This document shows positions 27,949 to 35,873 of a stretch of DNA of 50,158 nucleotides, piece after piece. This DNA is from Patescibacteria group bacterium. GTDB lineage: Bacteria; Patescibacteriota; Kazan-3B-28. The translations under genes and the position numbers were made by a program. Numbering within the stretch: position 1 is the stretch's first letter; every line of letters begins with the position of its first letter. The notes beneath the pieces are model-generated. The model did not search any database and was not told the origin of the DNA. It saw only the letters and a program-made list of their open reading frames with translations. The stretch covers positions 1 to 50,158 of the forward strand of contig JAWKSK010000004.1 of the NCBI GenBank assembly GCA_041389145.1, in the 5' to 3' direction.

Positions 27949-28620
27949 CTACTTGAGACGGGCAAACACCCAGCGGTGGCTGCCATACCAGAGGCGGCCG
28001 GGACTGCCCCAGTACGCGTCGAGCCAACGGCCGTGGTCATCGTGGAAAACGTGGAACACGAGCGGGCTGCCATCGGAATCCGCGATGGGTTCCATGGCGA
28101 TAATCAGCACCTCACCCTTAGGCTGATCGGGATACTGCTTACGCATTTCAGGGCCAGCCCAGGCCGGGAGCAGATCGCCACCTGCCTTGCAGATGGCGTC
28201 GAAGATTTCCGTCGTAGTCGGCTCAGACTTGCCGGTCAGCTCCGTACCGGTAGCCGAGACCAGATCGACACTGTTGATGTCGAAGCCCTTCTTGAAGCCG
28301 GGTTTCTTCATGATGTCGGCCGACCAGTCGCTGATGCGGAAGCCACCCGCCTTGAGGTCGGCGGTGTAGGCCTTGGCATCATCGCAAGTCCGCTGGAGAG
28401 ATTTCCAGATGGGACGCTGTTCGATGGGCAGTTGCAGGACCCGTTCGTTTGCCAGGACATCCAGCAGACCCCAGACCCGATTCTTGAAATCGGAGTGGCC
28501 CTTGGCCAGTTCCAGCTTGTCCTTGCCACCAGGATAGTTCTTGGTAACCTGGATCAGCAGATCAGACTGACCGTCAGTGACGGGTTCAATAGTTCCAGAA
28601 GTACGCTGATCTTTACACAT
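27949..28620 (-). CDS. DGR target protein with C-terminal variable region
   Basis: 223-aa ORF. SD AGGAG 7 nt before the ATG. The C-terminal 44 codons form the VR. About 60% GC. Confidence 0.85.
   Translation of the reverse strand: MCKDQRTSGTIEPVTDGQSDLLIQVTKNYPGGKDKLELAKGHSDFKNRVWGLLDVLANERVLQLPIEQRPIWKSLQRTCDDAKAYTADLKAGGFRISDWSADIMKKPGFKKGFDINSVDLVSATGTELTGKSEPTTTEIFDAICKAGGDLLPAWAGPEMRKQYPDQPKGEVLIIAMEPIADSDGSPLVFHVFHDDHGRWLDAYWGSPGRLWYGSHRWVFARLK
27957..28090 (-). repeat. DGR variable repeat (VR)
   Basis: Counterpart of the TR at a +465 offset. Ends 8 nt before the stop codon. Confidence 0.9.
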
Positions 28621-28715
28621 CAGGTGGCTCCTCTCGATACACCTTGTATAGGTGCTGGTGGTTAATTTGTGGTACTAGAAAACTCAAGATTACGACCACT
28701 CCACCTAACACCCTA

Positions 28716-28744
28716 ACGATACCAGAAACACATGTAAATGTCAA
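28716..28744 (-). promoter_or_regulatory. promoter of the DGR target gene
   Basis: Minus strand TTGACA (28744..28739), 17-nt spacer, TATCGT (28721..28716). Confidence 0.5.
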
Positions 28745-28748
28745 GAGT

Positions 28749-28771
28749 AAATCCGCTCTGAAAGCGGATTT
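28749..28771. terminator. hairpin directly after the murB stop
   Basis: Stem aaatccgc/gcggattt with a 7-nt loop. The T-run is stronger on the + strand than on the minus strand. Confidence 0.45.
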
Positions 28772-29665
28772 TTACCTAACCACCGTTATCTCCATTTCCA
28801 ATTCATAGCCCAATTCTTCTTTCACAGCATCTTGGGCTAGTTTAGCCAAAGCCAATACATCCGAGGCCTTCGCACCACCCAGATTCACAATGTAATTAGC
28901 ATGCTTAGAACTAATCTGTGCACCCCCAATTGTTTTCCCTTTTAGTCCTACTTGATCTATTAATCTTCCAGCCCCAACTCCCTCAATCTTTTTAAACACA
29001 GAACCACATGATGGATATTCATCCAACTGTGGTTGTCTTGCAGTTCTCCACTCCCAGTTTGCATCCACAATCTTTTGCATCTCTTCAGGAGAAGACGGAG
29101 CTAACTGAAACCGTGCAGATAATACATAAATCTTGCGACTATGTAACACGCTAGTATCATATCCAAATTCAAAGAAGTCTTTATCTACGGTTTCCACTTC
29201 TCCGTTTTCCATCAAAACCTTGGCATCGATTAGAATATCACCAAGATACAAAGTAGATTCCCGATCTGGGCTTAAGAAATGCAGGTTCTGCCAAATCGCA
29301 CCACCGATCGTACTAGGTATCCCAATAAAATGTTCAAAACCAGATAACCCAACGGGAACTGTAGCCTTAATAATATCAGCTACCACTGCCCCGCTACCTG
29401 CTTCTAATACCTCCCCATCAATTACAAATTTTTTTGCTCTGTTTGCAATCACCAATCCCCGATATCCTTCATCTAAAAACAACAGGTTAGCACCAGTACC
29501 AACTACAAAATATTTAATCCCCTCTTGCTTGGCCCAACCAATTACAGACTGCAACTCTTCTACAGTTTCTACCTCCACTAAGAAATCTGCCTTCCCACCG
29601 ATTTGATAGGTAGAATATGGAGCTAGTAAAACACCCTCTCGTAACCCCCGAGGCTTATCATTCAT
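28772..29665 (-). CDS. murB: UDP-N-acetylenolpyruvoylglucosamine reductase
   Basis: FAD-binding N-terminus (GGKADFLV...VVGTGANLL), the GSVFKKIEGVGAGRLID segment and the MurB C-terminal domain. Confidence 0.9.
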   Translation of the reverse strand: MNDKPRGLREGVLLAPYSTYQIGGKADFLVEVETVEELQSVIGWAKQEGIKYFVVGTGANLLFLDEGYRGLVIANRAKKFVIDGEVLEAGSGAVVADIIKATVPVGLSGFEHFIGIPSTIGGAIWQNLHFLSPDRESTLYLGDILIDAKVLMENGEVETVDKDFFEFGYDTSVLHSRKIYVLSARFQLAPSSPEEMQKIVDANWEWRTARQPQLDEYPSCGSVFKKIEGVGAGRLIDQVGLKGKTIGGAQISSKHANYIVNLGGAKASDVLALAKLAQDAVKEELGYELEMEITVVR

Positions 29666-29683
29666 ATCCTAATTATACACCCC

Positions 29684-30574
29684 TTATCTAAAGAATACTT
29701 TCTTCCCAATTCTTAAGTCCACGTATTCATTAATCTCTTCTTCTGAATTAATTCCCCGGAGTACTCGGACTAAATTATTCAGCTGTTCTTCATACGAACC
29801 AGTGGTATCTAAGATGATTCTCCATCCTTCATCGGTTTCCATTTCTACCTCAAAGGTAGTTTCTGGAATCACAATTCTTCTAATCGAAATATTGGTTCTT
29901 CTTGGTAAGTTAGCTACAAAGCTACTCACAAATTCAATAAAGGCTGGAGTTACTATCTGCTGATTCAAACTAACTGGAATATTCTTCAAATCCTCTACCG
30001 GCAACAATGGACTATTTGGAGGAGCTTCTTCATATGCTACTCCGTTTCTATTCACCAGATAACGCAATCCTCCTGTTACCCAAATAATGGAAGTTTCATG
30101 CTCCACAATTCTCACCGTCATTACCTTGGTGAATACATTTTTATCAAACTCCACCTCAGCAATCTGAGGAATCTCATCTAATAATTTTTTCTTATACCTT
30201 CCATCCAAATAGGTCAGCGCATTTACCTTATTAAACCCACTTGGGAATAACACTGCTTCAATCTCCTCCCGATTCACTAAATGCTGTCCGGTAATTTTTA
30301 AACTATCTAATACAAATATTGGTGTGCCAAAGATTACATACAACAATGCCACCAACCCCGCTACCACTAAAATCTTAGAATAAACCGGACGTACCTTGGG
30401 TCTCGGTAAATGCAACTTCACTCCAGACAACTGGGAGACTGTGGCTCTTCGTAAATCCCCTACTCGTACGGTAGTTCCTGAGGTATATGATTCAACACCA
30501 CGTGCCAAGCGAGCCCGACGTAACTTCTGCCGTGCCAGCCACTTCTGTAGCGTTTTCTTACCCCAGCTCAACAT
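29684..30574 (-). CDS. ftsQ: FtsQ/DivIB-type cell division protein (POTRA)
   Basis: TM helix followed by a POTRA-like segment. Position between murC and murB. Confidence 0.65.
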   Translation of the reverse strand: MLSWGKKTLQKWLARQKLRRARLARGVESYTSGTTVRVGDLRRATVSQLSGVKLHLPRPKVRPVYSKILVVAGLVALLYVIFGTPIFVLDSLKITGQHLVNREEIEAVLFPSGFNKVNALTYLDGRYKKKLLDEIPQIAEVEFDKNVFTKVMTVRIVEHETSIIWVTGGLRYLVNRNGVAYEEAPPNSPLLPVEDLKNIPVSLNQQIVTPAFIEFVSSFVANLPRRTNISIRRIVIPETTFEVEMETDEGWRIILDTTGSYEEQLNNLVRVLRGINSEEEINEYVDLRIGKKVFFR

Positions 30575-30576
30575 CC

Positions 30577-31941
30577 CTACTTGTTCCGCAGTTTAGCTAG
30601 TAATTCTTGTCCGAATACATCTGCTTCACCAGCTCCCATTGTAATCACCACATCTCCGGCTACCAGCTCATTAATCAGTCGTTCTTCAATGGCATCAAAA
30701 TCACCAATAAACTCTGCATTGTTAGAATGTTTGTTAATCTCTTCAACTAAGATCTTGCTGTTTACGGATTGCTTATCCTCCTCCGTATCACGAACTGCAT
30801 AAATTGGGGCCACAATCACCCGATCCGCATCATTAAAACTTTCTGCAAAACCATCTAACAATATTCTAGTTCTACTAAACTGGTGGGGATGGAAAACCAC
30901 CACCAACTTACGACTTGGGAAATACTGTCTGGCACCTTCTAACATTGCTTGGATCTCTGTTGGGTGATGAGCATAGTCATCTACAAATGTAACTCCCATA
31001 CTAGATCCAATAATTTCAAACCGACGGGCAAGTCCATTAAACTCATCCTCCAATACATGCTGCAAAGTAGCACTATCAATTCCATTCTCCCTTGCCACTG
31101 CCCATGCCAACACTGCATTAGAAACATTGTGCTTACCAGGAAGCTGCAAATAACTTTCTGTTCCGTTCACAGTAAAGTGCATTCTTCCTTCTGAGAATTT
31201 TAAGTTTTCTGCTCGGTAATCATTGCCTTCGTTAAGCCCAGCCCACACCACTCTCTTATTGGTTCTACCCACTACTTCACGCACCACTTCATCATCTCCA
31301 TTAGCTACCACCAACCCATCTTCAGGTAGTAGGTTGATGAACTTCTCAAAGGTATCTTTAATATCATCAAAGTCAGTAAAGAAATCTAAGTGATCTGGCT
31401 CAATGTTAGTCAGCACCACTATCCTTGGCTTTAAGTCCAAGAAAGATTTTCCATATTCACAAGCTTCAACGATAAAGTCATTTCCTCTGCCTAATAACAC
31501 ATTGGATTTTAACGATCTCACCTCAGCTCCAATTAATGCAGTAGGGTGATTGCCTGCTGCTTCAAACATCATTGCAAGCATGGTAGTAGTTGTAGTTTTT
31601 CCATGAGTACCAGCAATTGCAATTCCATTCTTATTTTCCATCAGTTCCCCTACCAACTCTAATCTTCTTCTAATTGGCAAACCCAGCTCCTGAGCCTTCA
31701 TAATCTCTGGGTTAGATTTTGGTACCGCAATTGAATACACCACTTCAGTCACATCATCTGTCACATACTTTTCATCATGACCAATGTGGACTTCAATTCC
31801 CTCGGCCTCTAAGTCGGGTCTACTATCAAAATCTTTCATGTCAGAACCAGACACCTTTGCTCCTGCATCACGCAACAACCGAGCTACTGCCTGCATTCCA
31901 ATTCCACCGATTCCAATTAGATAAAAATGTCGTTTTTCCAT
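30577..31941 (-). CDS. murC: UDP-N-acetylmuramate--L-alanine ligase
   Basis: IGIGGIGM N-terminus, GTHGKTTTT P-loop, Mur ligase layout. Confidence 0.92.
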   Translation of the reverse strand: MEKRHFYLIGIGGIGMQAVARLLRDAGAKVSGSDMKDFDSRPDLEAEGIEVHIGHDEKYVTDDVTEVVYSIAVPKSNPEIMKAQELGLPIRRRLELVGELMENKNGIAIAGTHGKTTTTTMLAMMFEAAGNHPTALIGAEVRSLKSNVLLGRGNDFIVEACEYGKSFLDLKPRIVVLTNIEPDHLDFFTDFDDIKDTFEKFINLLPEDGLVVANGDDEVVREVVGRTNKRVVWAGLNEGNDYRAENLKFSEGRMHFTVNGTESYLQLPGKHNVSNAVLAWAVARENGIDSATLQHVLEDEFNGLARRFEIIGSSMGVTFVDDYAHHPTEIQAMLEGARQYFPSRKLVVVFHPHQFSRTRILLDGFAESFNDADRVIVAPIYAVRDTEEDKQSVNSKILVEEINKHSNNAEFIGDFDAIEERLINELVAGDVVITMGAGEADVFGQELLAKLRNK

Positions 31942-31984
31942 TGCTGTTAATTAATCAATCAGATAATCATTATAGCCTACTTAG

Positions 31985-32572
31985 CTACTTCACCAGTTCC
32001 GCCCTGACCAAGAACCTCTGCAATGCAGTTCCTACTGGATAGGAAGTTTGTAGCGTTAATAGTGACTTACCCTCTGTTTCTTGATTTAACCACTGTGTGT
32101 CAGTTGGCTTTACTACATGGGTATCAAACACCTGATAACGATACACCTTCCCATCCTTATCCGTTAATACCACCTCGTCTCCCATTTCAATATGTGGCAA
32201 TAAGGCAAACACTGTTTTGTAGTTACCTGGTTTAGTTGGAAAATCTGAAGAATGTCCGAAGAAAAAAGCATTGCCTCGATGTCCAATTGCCGCCGTACCT
32301 GGATAGTGAACCACTCCTTGAGCTAGTGCATCTTGGAAAATTGGCTCTCCTATTTCATCGATATATACCAATGGGGCTTCAATCCCAAGCGATTGAATAT
32401 ATATCCGATTGCTAGCCCGGGTCTCCATCACCTCTAGATCTGACCCACCACGATTAATGTAATACATTACCTGGGCCCCAAAGTATTGATAGTTCACACC
32501 CACAAACGCCACTCCAATAATTAGCAAGGTTAATCCCAATACCTTAACTTCGTTCAAAATCTTATTACCCAT
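31985..32572 (-). CDS. sortase-family protein lacking the catalytic cysteine
   Basis: N-terminal TM, IGHRG His motif, LTLQTSYP in place of TLxTC, conserved Arg (LQRFLVRA). No Cys anywhere in the 195 aa. Confidence 0.65.
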   Translation of the reverse strand: MGNKILNEVKVLGLTLLIIGVAFVGVNYQYFGAQVMYYINRGGSDLEVMETRASNRIYIQSLGIEAPLVYIDEIGEPIFQDALAQGVVHYPGTAAIGHRGNAFFFGHSSDFPTKPGNYKTVFALLPHIEMGDEVVLTDKDGKVYRYQVFDTHVVKPTDTQWLNQETEGKSLLTLQTSYPVGTALQRFLVRAELVK

Positions 32573-33692
32573 TCTTAACCTCCGCTAATACTAAATCGGC
32601 AATCATATCGGCTGCTTTTATATGTACCTGTCCCATCTCTTTCATTCTACCAGCCATCTGTTTCATCTGGGCTGGATTAGCTACTAACTTCTTAATAATT
32701 TTCACTAACGACTCTGAATTGAATTTATCCTGTTCAATCATCACCGCTCCCCCTTGCTTATCCAAATACTTAGCGTTTAGTAGCTGATGATTTCCAGCCG
32801 AACCTGGTAATGGAACCAATATCACTGGCTTGGCCAATACTTCTAGTTCAAAAACAGTAGAGCCAGCCCGAGACAGTACTAAATCTGAACCTTTAAGCAG
32901 CCCATGAAAATCTTGGGTATCAAAATCCTTAACCATCCACTTTCCATTAAATTCATCTCCTAAAGCCTGATACACACTGTTAATTACTTCAAAATCTCTA
33001 GTACCGGTGTAATGCACGATATTTACCACCGGTAATAAATCCCGTAACACCTCAGCTACTACCTGATTTATATACGAGGCTCCTTGAGATCCACCGGTAA
33101 TCATTAAGGTTGGTCGTCCATTAGCAAATGGTTTCTTGGCAACCACCGATAACAACTGCTGTTGTATAGGCAAACCGGTTTCTACCAACTTATTAGATTC
33201 AGCAATTACCTTAGTTGAATTCTTCTTCACCTCAGCTACCGGGAATGAGGTAGCTAACTTTTTCATATATTTAAAACCTAACCTATTAGATAGGCCTACT
33301 CGCATATCTGATTCATGGGCAACTACTGGAATCCCCATCGAACCAGCTGCAACCACCATTGGATATGAAGCATACCCACCCTTAGCAAATACCACATCAG
33401 GAGCAAATTCCCGTACTATTCTTCGTGCCTGAGCTACCCCTCTAAAGACCCGAAAGATATCGATTACATTTTGCAAATCAAAATACCGGCGAATCTTTCC
33501 GCTACTGATTGCCTTAAACTGCAATCCAGCTGATTCAACCAGTTCTTTTTCCGCCGGCTTAGTTGACCCTACAAACAGCAACTTAGCCTTTGGCATCTTA
33601 TCTTTGATGCTTCGAGCGACCGCGAGCGCTGGCATAATATGACCGCCAGTCCCACCACCCGATAAGAGGATTTTCATCTTTTGGTGAAGCAA
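32565..33692 (-). CDS. murG: undecaprenyldiphospho-muramoylpentapeptide beta-N-acetylglucosaminyltransferase
   Basis: GGGTGGHIMPALAVA N-terminus. The likely start is the ATG at 33677 (MKILLSGGG). Confidence 0.9.
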   Translation of the reverse strand: MLHQKMKILLSGGGTGGHIMPALAVARSIKDKMPKAKLLFVGSTKPAEKELVESAGLQFKAISSGKIRRYFDLQNVIDIFRVFRGVAQARRIVREFAPDVVFAKGGYASYPMVVAAGSMGIPVVAHESDMRVGLSNRLGFKYMKKLATSFPVAEVKKNSTKVIAESNKLVETGLPIQQQLLSVVAKKPFANGRPTLMITGGSQGASYINQVVAEVLRDLLPVVNIVHYTGTRDFEVINSVYQALGDEFNGKWMVKDFDTQDFHGLLKGSDLVLSRAGSTVFELEVLAKPVILVPLPGSAGNHQLLNAKYLDKQGGAVMIEQDKFNSESLVKIIKKLVANPAQMKQMAGRMKEMGQVHIKAADMIADLVLAEVKNG

Positions 33693-34785
33693 TAGTTTGC
33701 TTAGAAATATTTAACAATATACCGGATGCTACCAACATAAATACTAATGAGGTACCACCCAGACTAATAAATGGTAACGGCACCCCGGTAAGTGGCACCA
33801 CTCCCACAATCGCACCCATATTTAAGGCTGCTTGGAATCCAATCCAGGCCGTAATCCCCAATGCCAAGAGCCTGCCAAAGGTATCAGGGGCAGTTCTAGC
33901 AATAATTAGGCCACGCCATACAATAACAGTTATTGGCAAAATAACCAAGAAAAAAGCCCCTATCAGACCCAATTCTTCACCAATAATGGCAAAGATAGAG
34001 TCAGAGGCAGCTTCAGGTAGATAGGCAAACTTTTGCCGACTATGCCCGTACCCCAGACCAAATAACCCACCAGATCCAATTGCTAACAAGGCCTGGTTAA
34101 TATGATACCCAGCCCCTAATGGATCAGCTCCTGGATTTAAGAAGGTCAAAAGTCTTCTTAAACGATAAGGAGCGGCATAAATCAAAGCTGTAGCTGCCAA
34201 TACCCCTGTTCCTACAATCGCCCCAATCTGTCCCATGGTCGCACCAGCCACAAAATACATACTTCCCGCAATTGCAGCTACCACCATCGTAGTTCCCAAG
34301 TCAGGCTGTTGCATAATCAGCAAGAACACCATCCCTACGAGTCCCACAAATGGCAAAAAGGTCTTATACATATCCACGATTGCAGAACCCTTCTTTTCAA
34401 ACCACCAGGCTAGATAAATAACTGTAGCCAGCTTTACATACTCAGACACCTGGAAGGTAATTGGTCCCAGATGAATCCAGCGTTTTGCACCACCAGCTTC
34501 CAAACTCAAACCTGGTACCAAGACGGCAACCAAAAACACTAACCCGGCACCAAATATTACCGTGGCATACCGTTTGAAAATCCGGTAATCCAACTTTGAA
34601 AAAAACCACCACAACAGTAGTCCAATACCTGCATATGCTCCCTGTCTAATCACGTAGTAGTATGGGCTACCTGCGTTATCCAAACTCTGAACCAATGATG
34701 CCGATGACACCATGATTAATCCAATAATCACCAATCCAAAGATGGTAATCGCTAAAATGAAATCTTGTCTGTGGTAACCCCGCAT
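33598..34785 (-). CDS. ftsW: FtsW/RodA (SEDS) peptidoglycan glycosyltransferase
   Basis: Ten-TM SEDS pattern, PDLGT and GLGYGHSRQK motifs. The tail overlaps the murG start. Confidence 0.88.
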   Translation of the reverse strand: MRGYHRQDFILAITIFGLVIIGLIMVSSASLVQSLDNAGSPYYYVIRQGAYAGIGLLLWWFFSKLDYRIFKRYATVIFGAGLVFLVAVLVPGLSLEAGGAKRWIHLGPITFQVSEYVKLATVIYLAWWFEKKGSAIVDMYKTFLPFVGLVGMVFLLIMQQPDLGTTMVVAAIAGSMYFVAGATMGQIGAIVGTGVLAATALIYAAPYRLRRLLTFLNPGADPLGAGYHINQALLAIGSGGLFGLGYGHSRQKFAYLPEAASDSIFAIIGEELGLIGAFFLVILPITVIVWRGLIIARTAPDTFGRLLALGITAWIGFQAALNMGAIVGVVPLTGVPLPFISLGGTSLVFMLVASGILLNISKQTIASPKDENPLIGWWDWRSYYASARGRSKHQR

Positions 34786-34820
34786 AACCCTACTATCATA
34801 TCAGAAAACAAGGTATCCGT

Positions 34821-34849
34821 TTGACATCCTCTACAGTTTTTTACACAAT
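34821..34849 (+). promoter_or_regulatory. sigma70-type promoter of cassette E
   Basis: TTGACA (34821..34826), 17-nt spacer, CACAAT (34844..34849). SD AAGGAG at 34891..34896. Confidence 0.5.
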
Positions 34850-34902
34850 GCCTGCATCTGAACCTTACAACCTGTACTGTCAATCCAAATAAGGAGAAAT
34901 CC

Positions 34903-35790
34903 GTGGCTAAAAAAGTACTTAGGGTAGATCGAGAGGCAAGAAAGGAAGAAAGAACCTTCCTGCCTTGGGAACCGGGTGCGAGTGCTTTCGGATCAGTTAA
35001 GGTCAAACCTTCTTCACAGCAAGAAGATAGAAACAACCTTATGAATTGCGAACAGCCGAACTATCTCACGACCCGAAGCAAGAAACTACAGTCTCAGCTT
35101 CGCGAGATGGTCATTCAGTTCCCCCAGTTGCCGGACCTCTACAACATGGCCAATGCCGGGTTCGTGATAGATCGAGATTCCAAGCCAGATCACCAGAGAG
35201 TAGAAGATTCTTATGGTAATCACGACGCATGGACTCAACCGACAGAGATTTCCAGTCCGAGCCTGGGCCTAATCCCTGATCTCAAGCAACAGCTTGAGGA
35301 ACTCGACCCCAAGTCACTGGAGCACCTATGGCTATCAAAGCTCCTCAGCTTCTGCACCAATCTAGTCATATGTCATGGATGCGGCTACCTTCGCACCACC
35401 AAGACAACTGGCAGATTCGATAACACTTCTGGAGATCTCTGCTTCATAGTCATGGAGGCATACCTGCCTGACAGATGGAGCACGAAGCCAAAGTACCTGC
35501 CTCACTGGGACGACGGTCGCCAATCAGTATGGTGCTGCTATCACAAGGCTAAGAGCCAGCACACAAGCGACCAGTGGATAAACAGCCTCCCCGAAGGTGG
35601 CAGCGAATACTATCTCTACTACAACAGAACAGGAGAGTGCATTCACGCCATCCACAAGAAAACCAACCTCAGCTATCGTCGTCCCCAGAACGAAATCAGA
35701 GGTTCACTCTTCACTGAAAGTGAGGAAATGAACATTCTCCGAATCAGTCCCCGCCCCTCCTCTTCAGGATGGAATGACATCATTAGGTAG
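34903..35790 (+). CDS. hypothetical Cys/His/Trp-rich protein, no recognisable family (GC-richer cassette E)
   Basis: 295-aa ORF with a GTG start 6 nt after AAGGAG. Opposite strand to the dcw genes it separates. Confidence 0.55.
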   Translation: MAKKVLRVDREARKEERTFLPWEPGASAFGSVKVKPSSQQEDRNNLMNCEQPNYLTTRSKKLQSQLREMVIQFPQLPDLYNMANAGFVIDRDSKPDHQRVEDSYGNHDAWTQPTEISSPSLGLIPDLKQQLEELDPKSLEHLWLSKLLSFCTNLVICHGCGYLRTTKTTGRFDNTSGDLCFIVMEAYLPDRWSTKPKYLPHWDDGRQSVWCCYHKAKSQHTSDQWINSLPEGGSEYYLYYNRTGECIHAIHKKTNLSYRRPQNEIRGSLFTESEEMNILRISPRPSSSGWNDIIR

Positions 35791-35811
35791 ATCGTACCAG
35801 TACTCAACTTC

Positions 35812-35842
35812 GACCCCGTCAGCAATGGCGGGGTCTTCTTTT
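35812..35842 (+). terminator. intrinsic terminator of cassette E
   Basis: Stem gaccccg/cggggtc (35812..35818 with 35829..35835), then TTCTTTT. Confidence 0.7.
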
Positions 35843-35845
35843 ATC

Positions 35846-35869
35846 AACGGCTCATTTTTGTGAGCCGTT
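35846..35869. repeat. conserved hairpin, copy 2 (aacggctca-tttttg-tgagccgtt)
   Basis: Same 9-bp stem as 5849..5872. Lies 4 nt from the murD stop codon. Confidence 0.7.
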
Positions 35870-35873
35870 AAAT

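Noticed and set aside
27976-28665. 229-aa plus-strand ORF covering the DGR target gene (also 27855..28073, 27884..28126, 28187..28369, 28308..28529).
   Set aside because: These are shadow frames in 60%-GC DNA. The minus-strand frame carries the VR/TR relationship, the SD and the promoter.
33598-33692. 95-nt overlap between the ftsW tail and the murG start, which could indicate a fusion or frameshift.
   Set aside because: The frames differ and both proteins are complete (the last FtsW TM helix ends before the overlap, and the MurG GGGTGGH motif is intact). The likely murG start at 33677 still overlaps, which is plausible for a compact genome.
34752-35036. 94-aa minus-strand ORF bridging the ftsW upstream region and the start of cassette E.
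   Set aside because: It has no SD, reads antisense to the cassette promoter and 5' end, and its product is Cys/Ser/Leu-rich low-complexity sequence.
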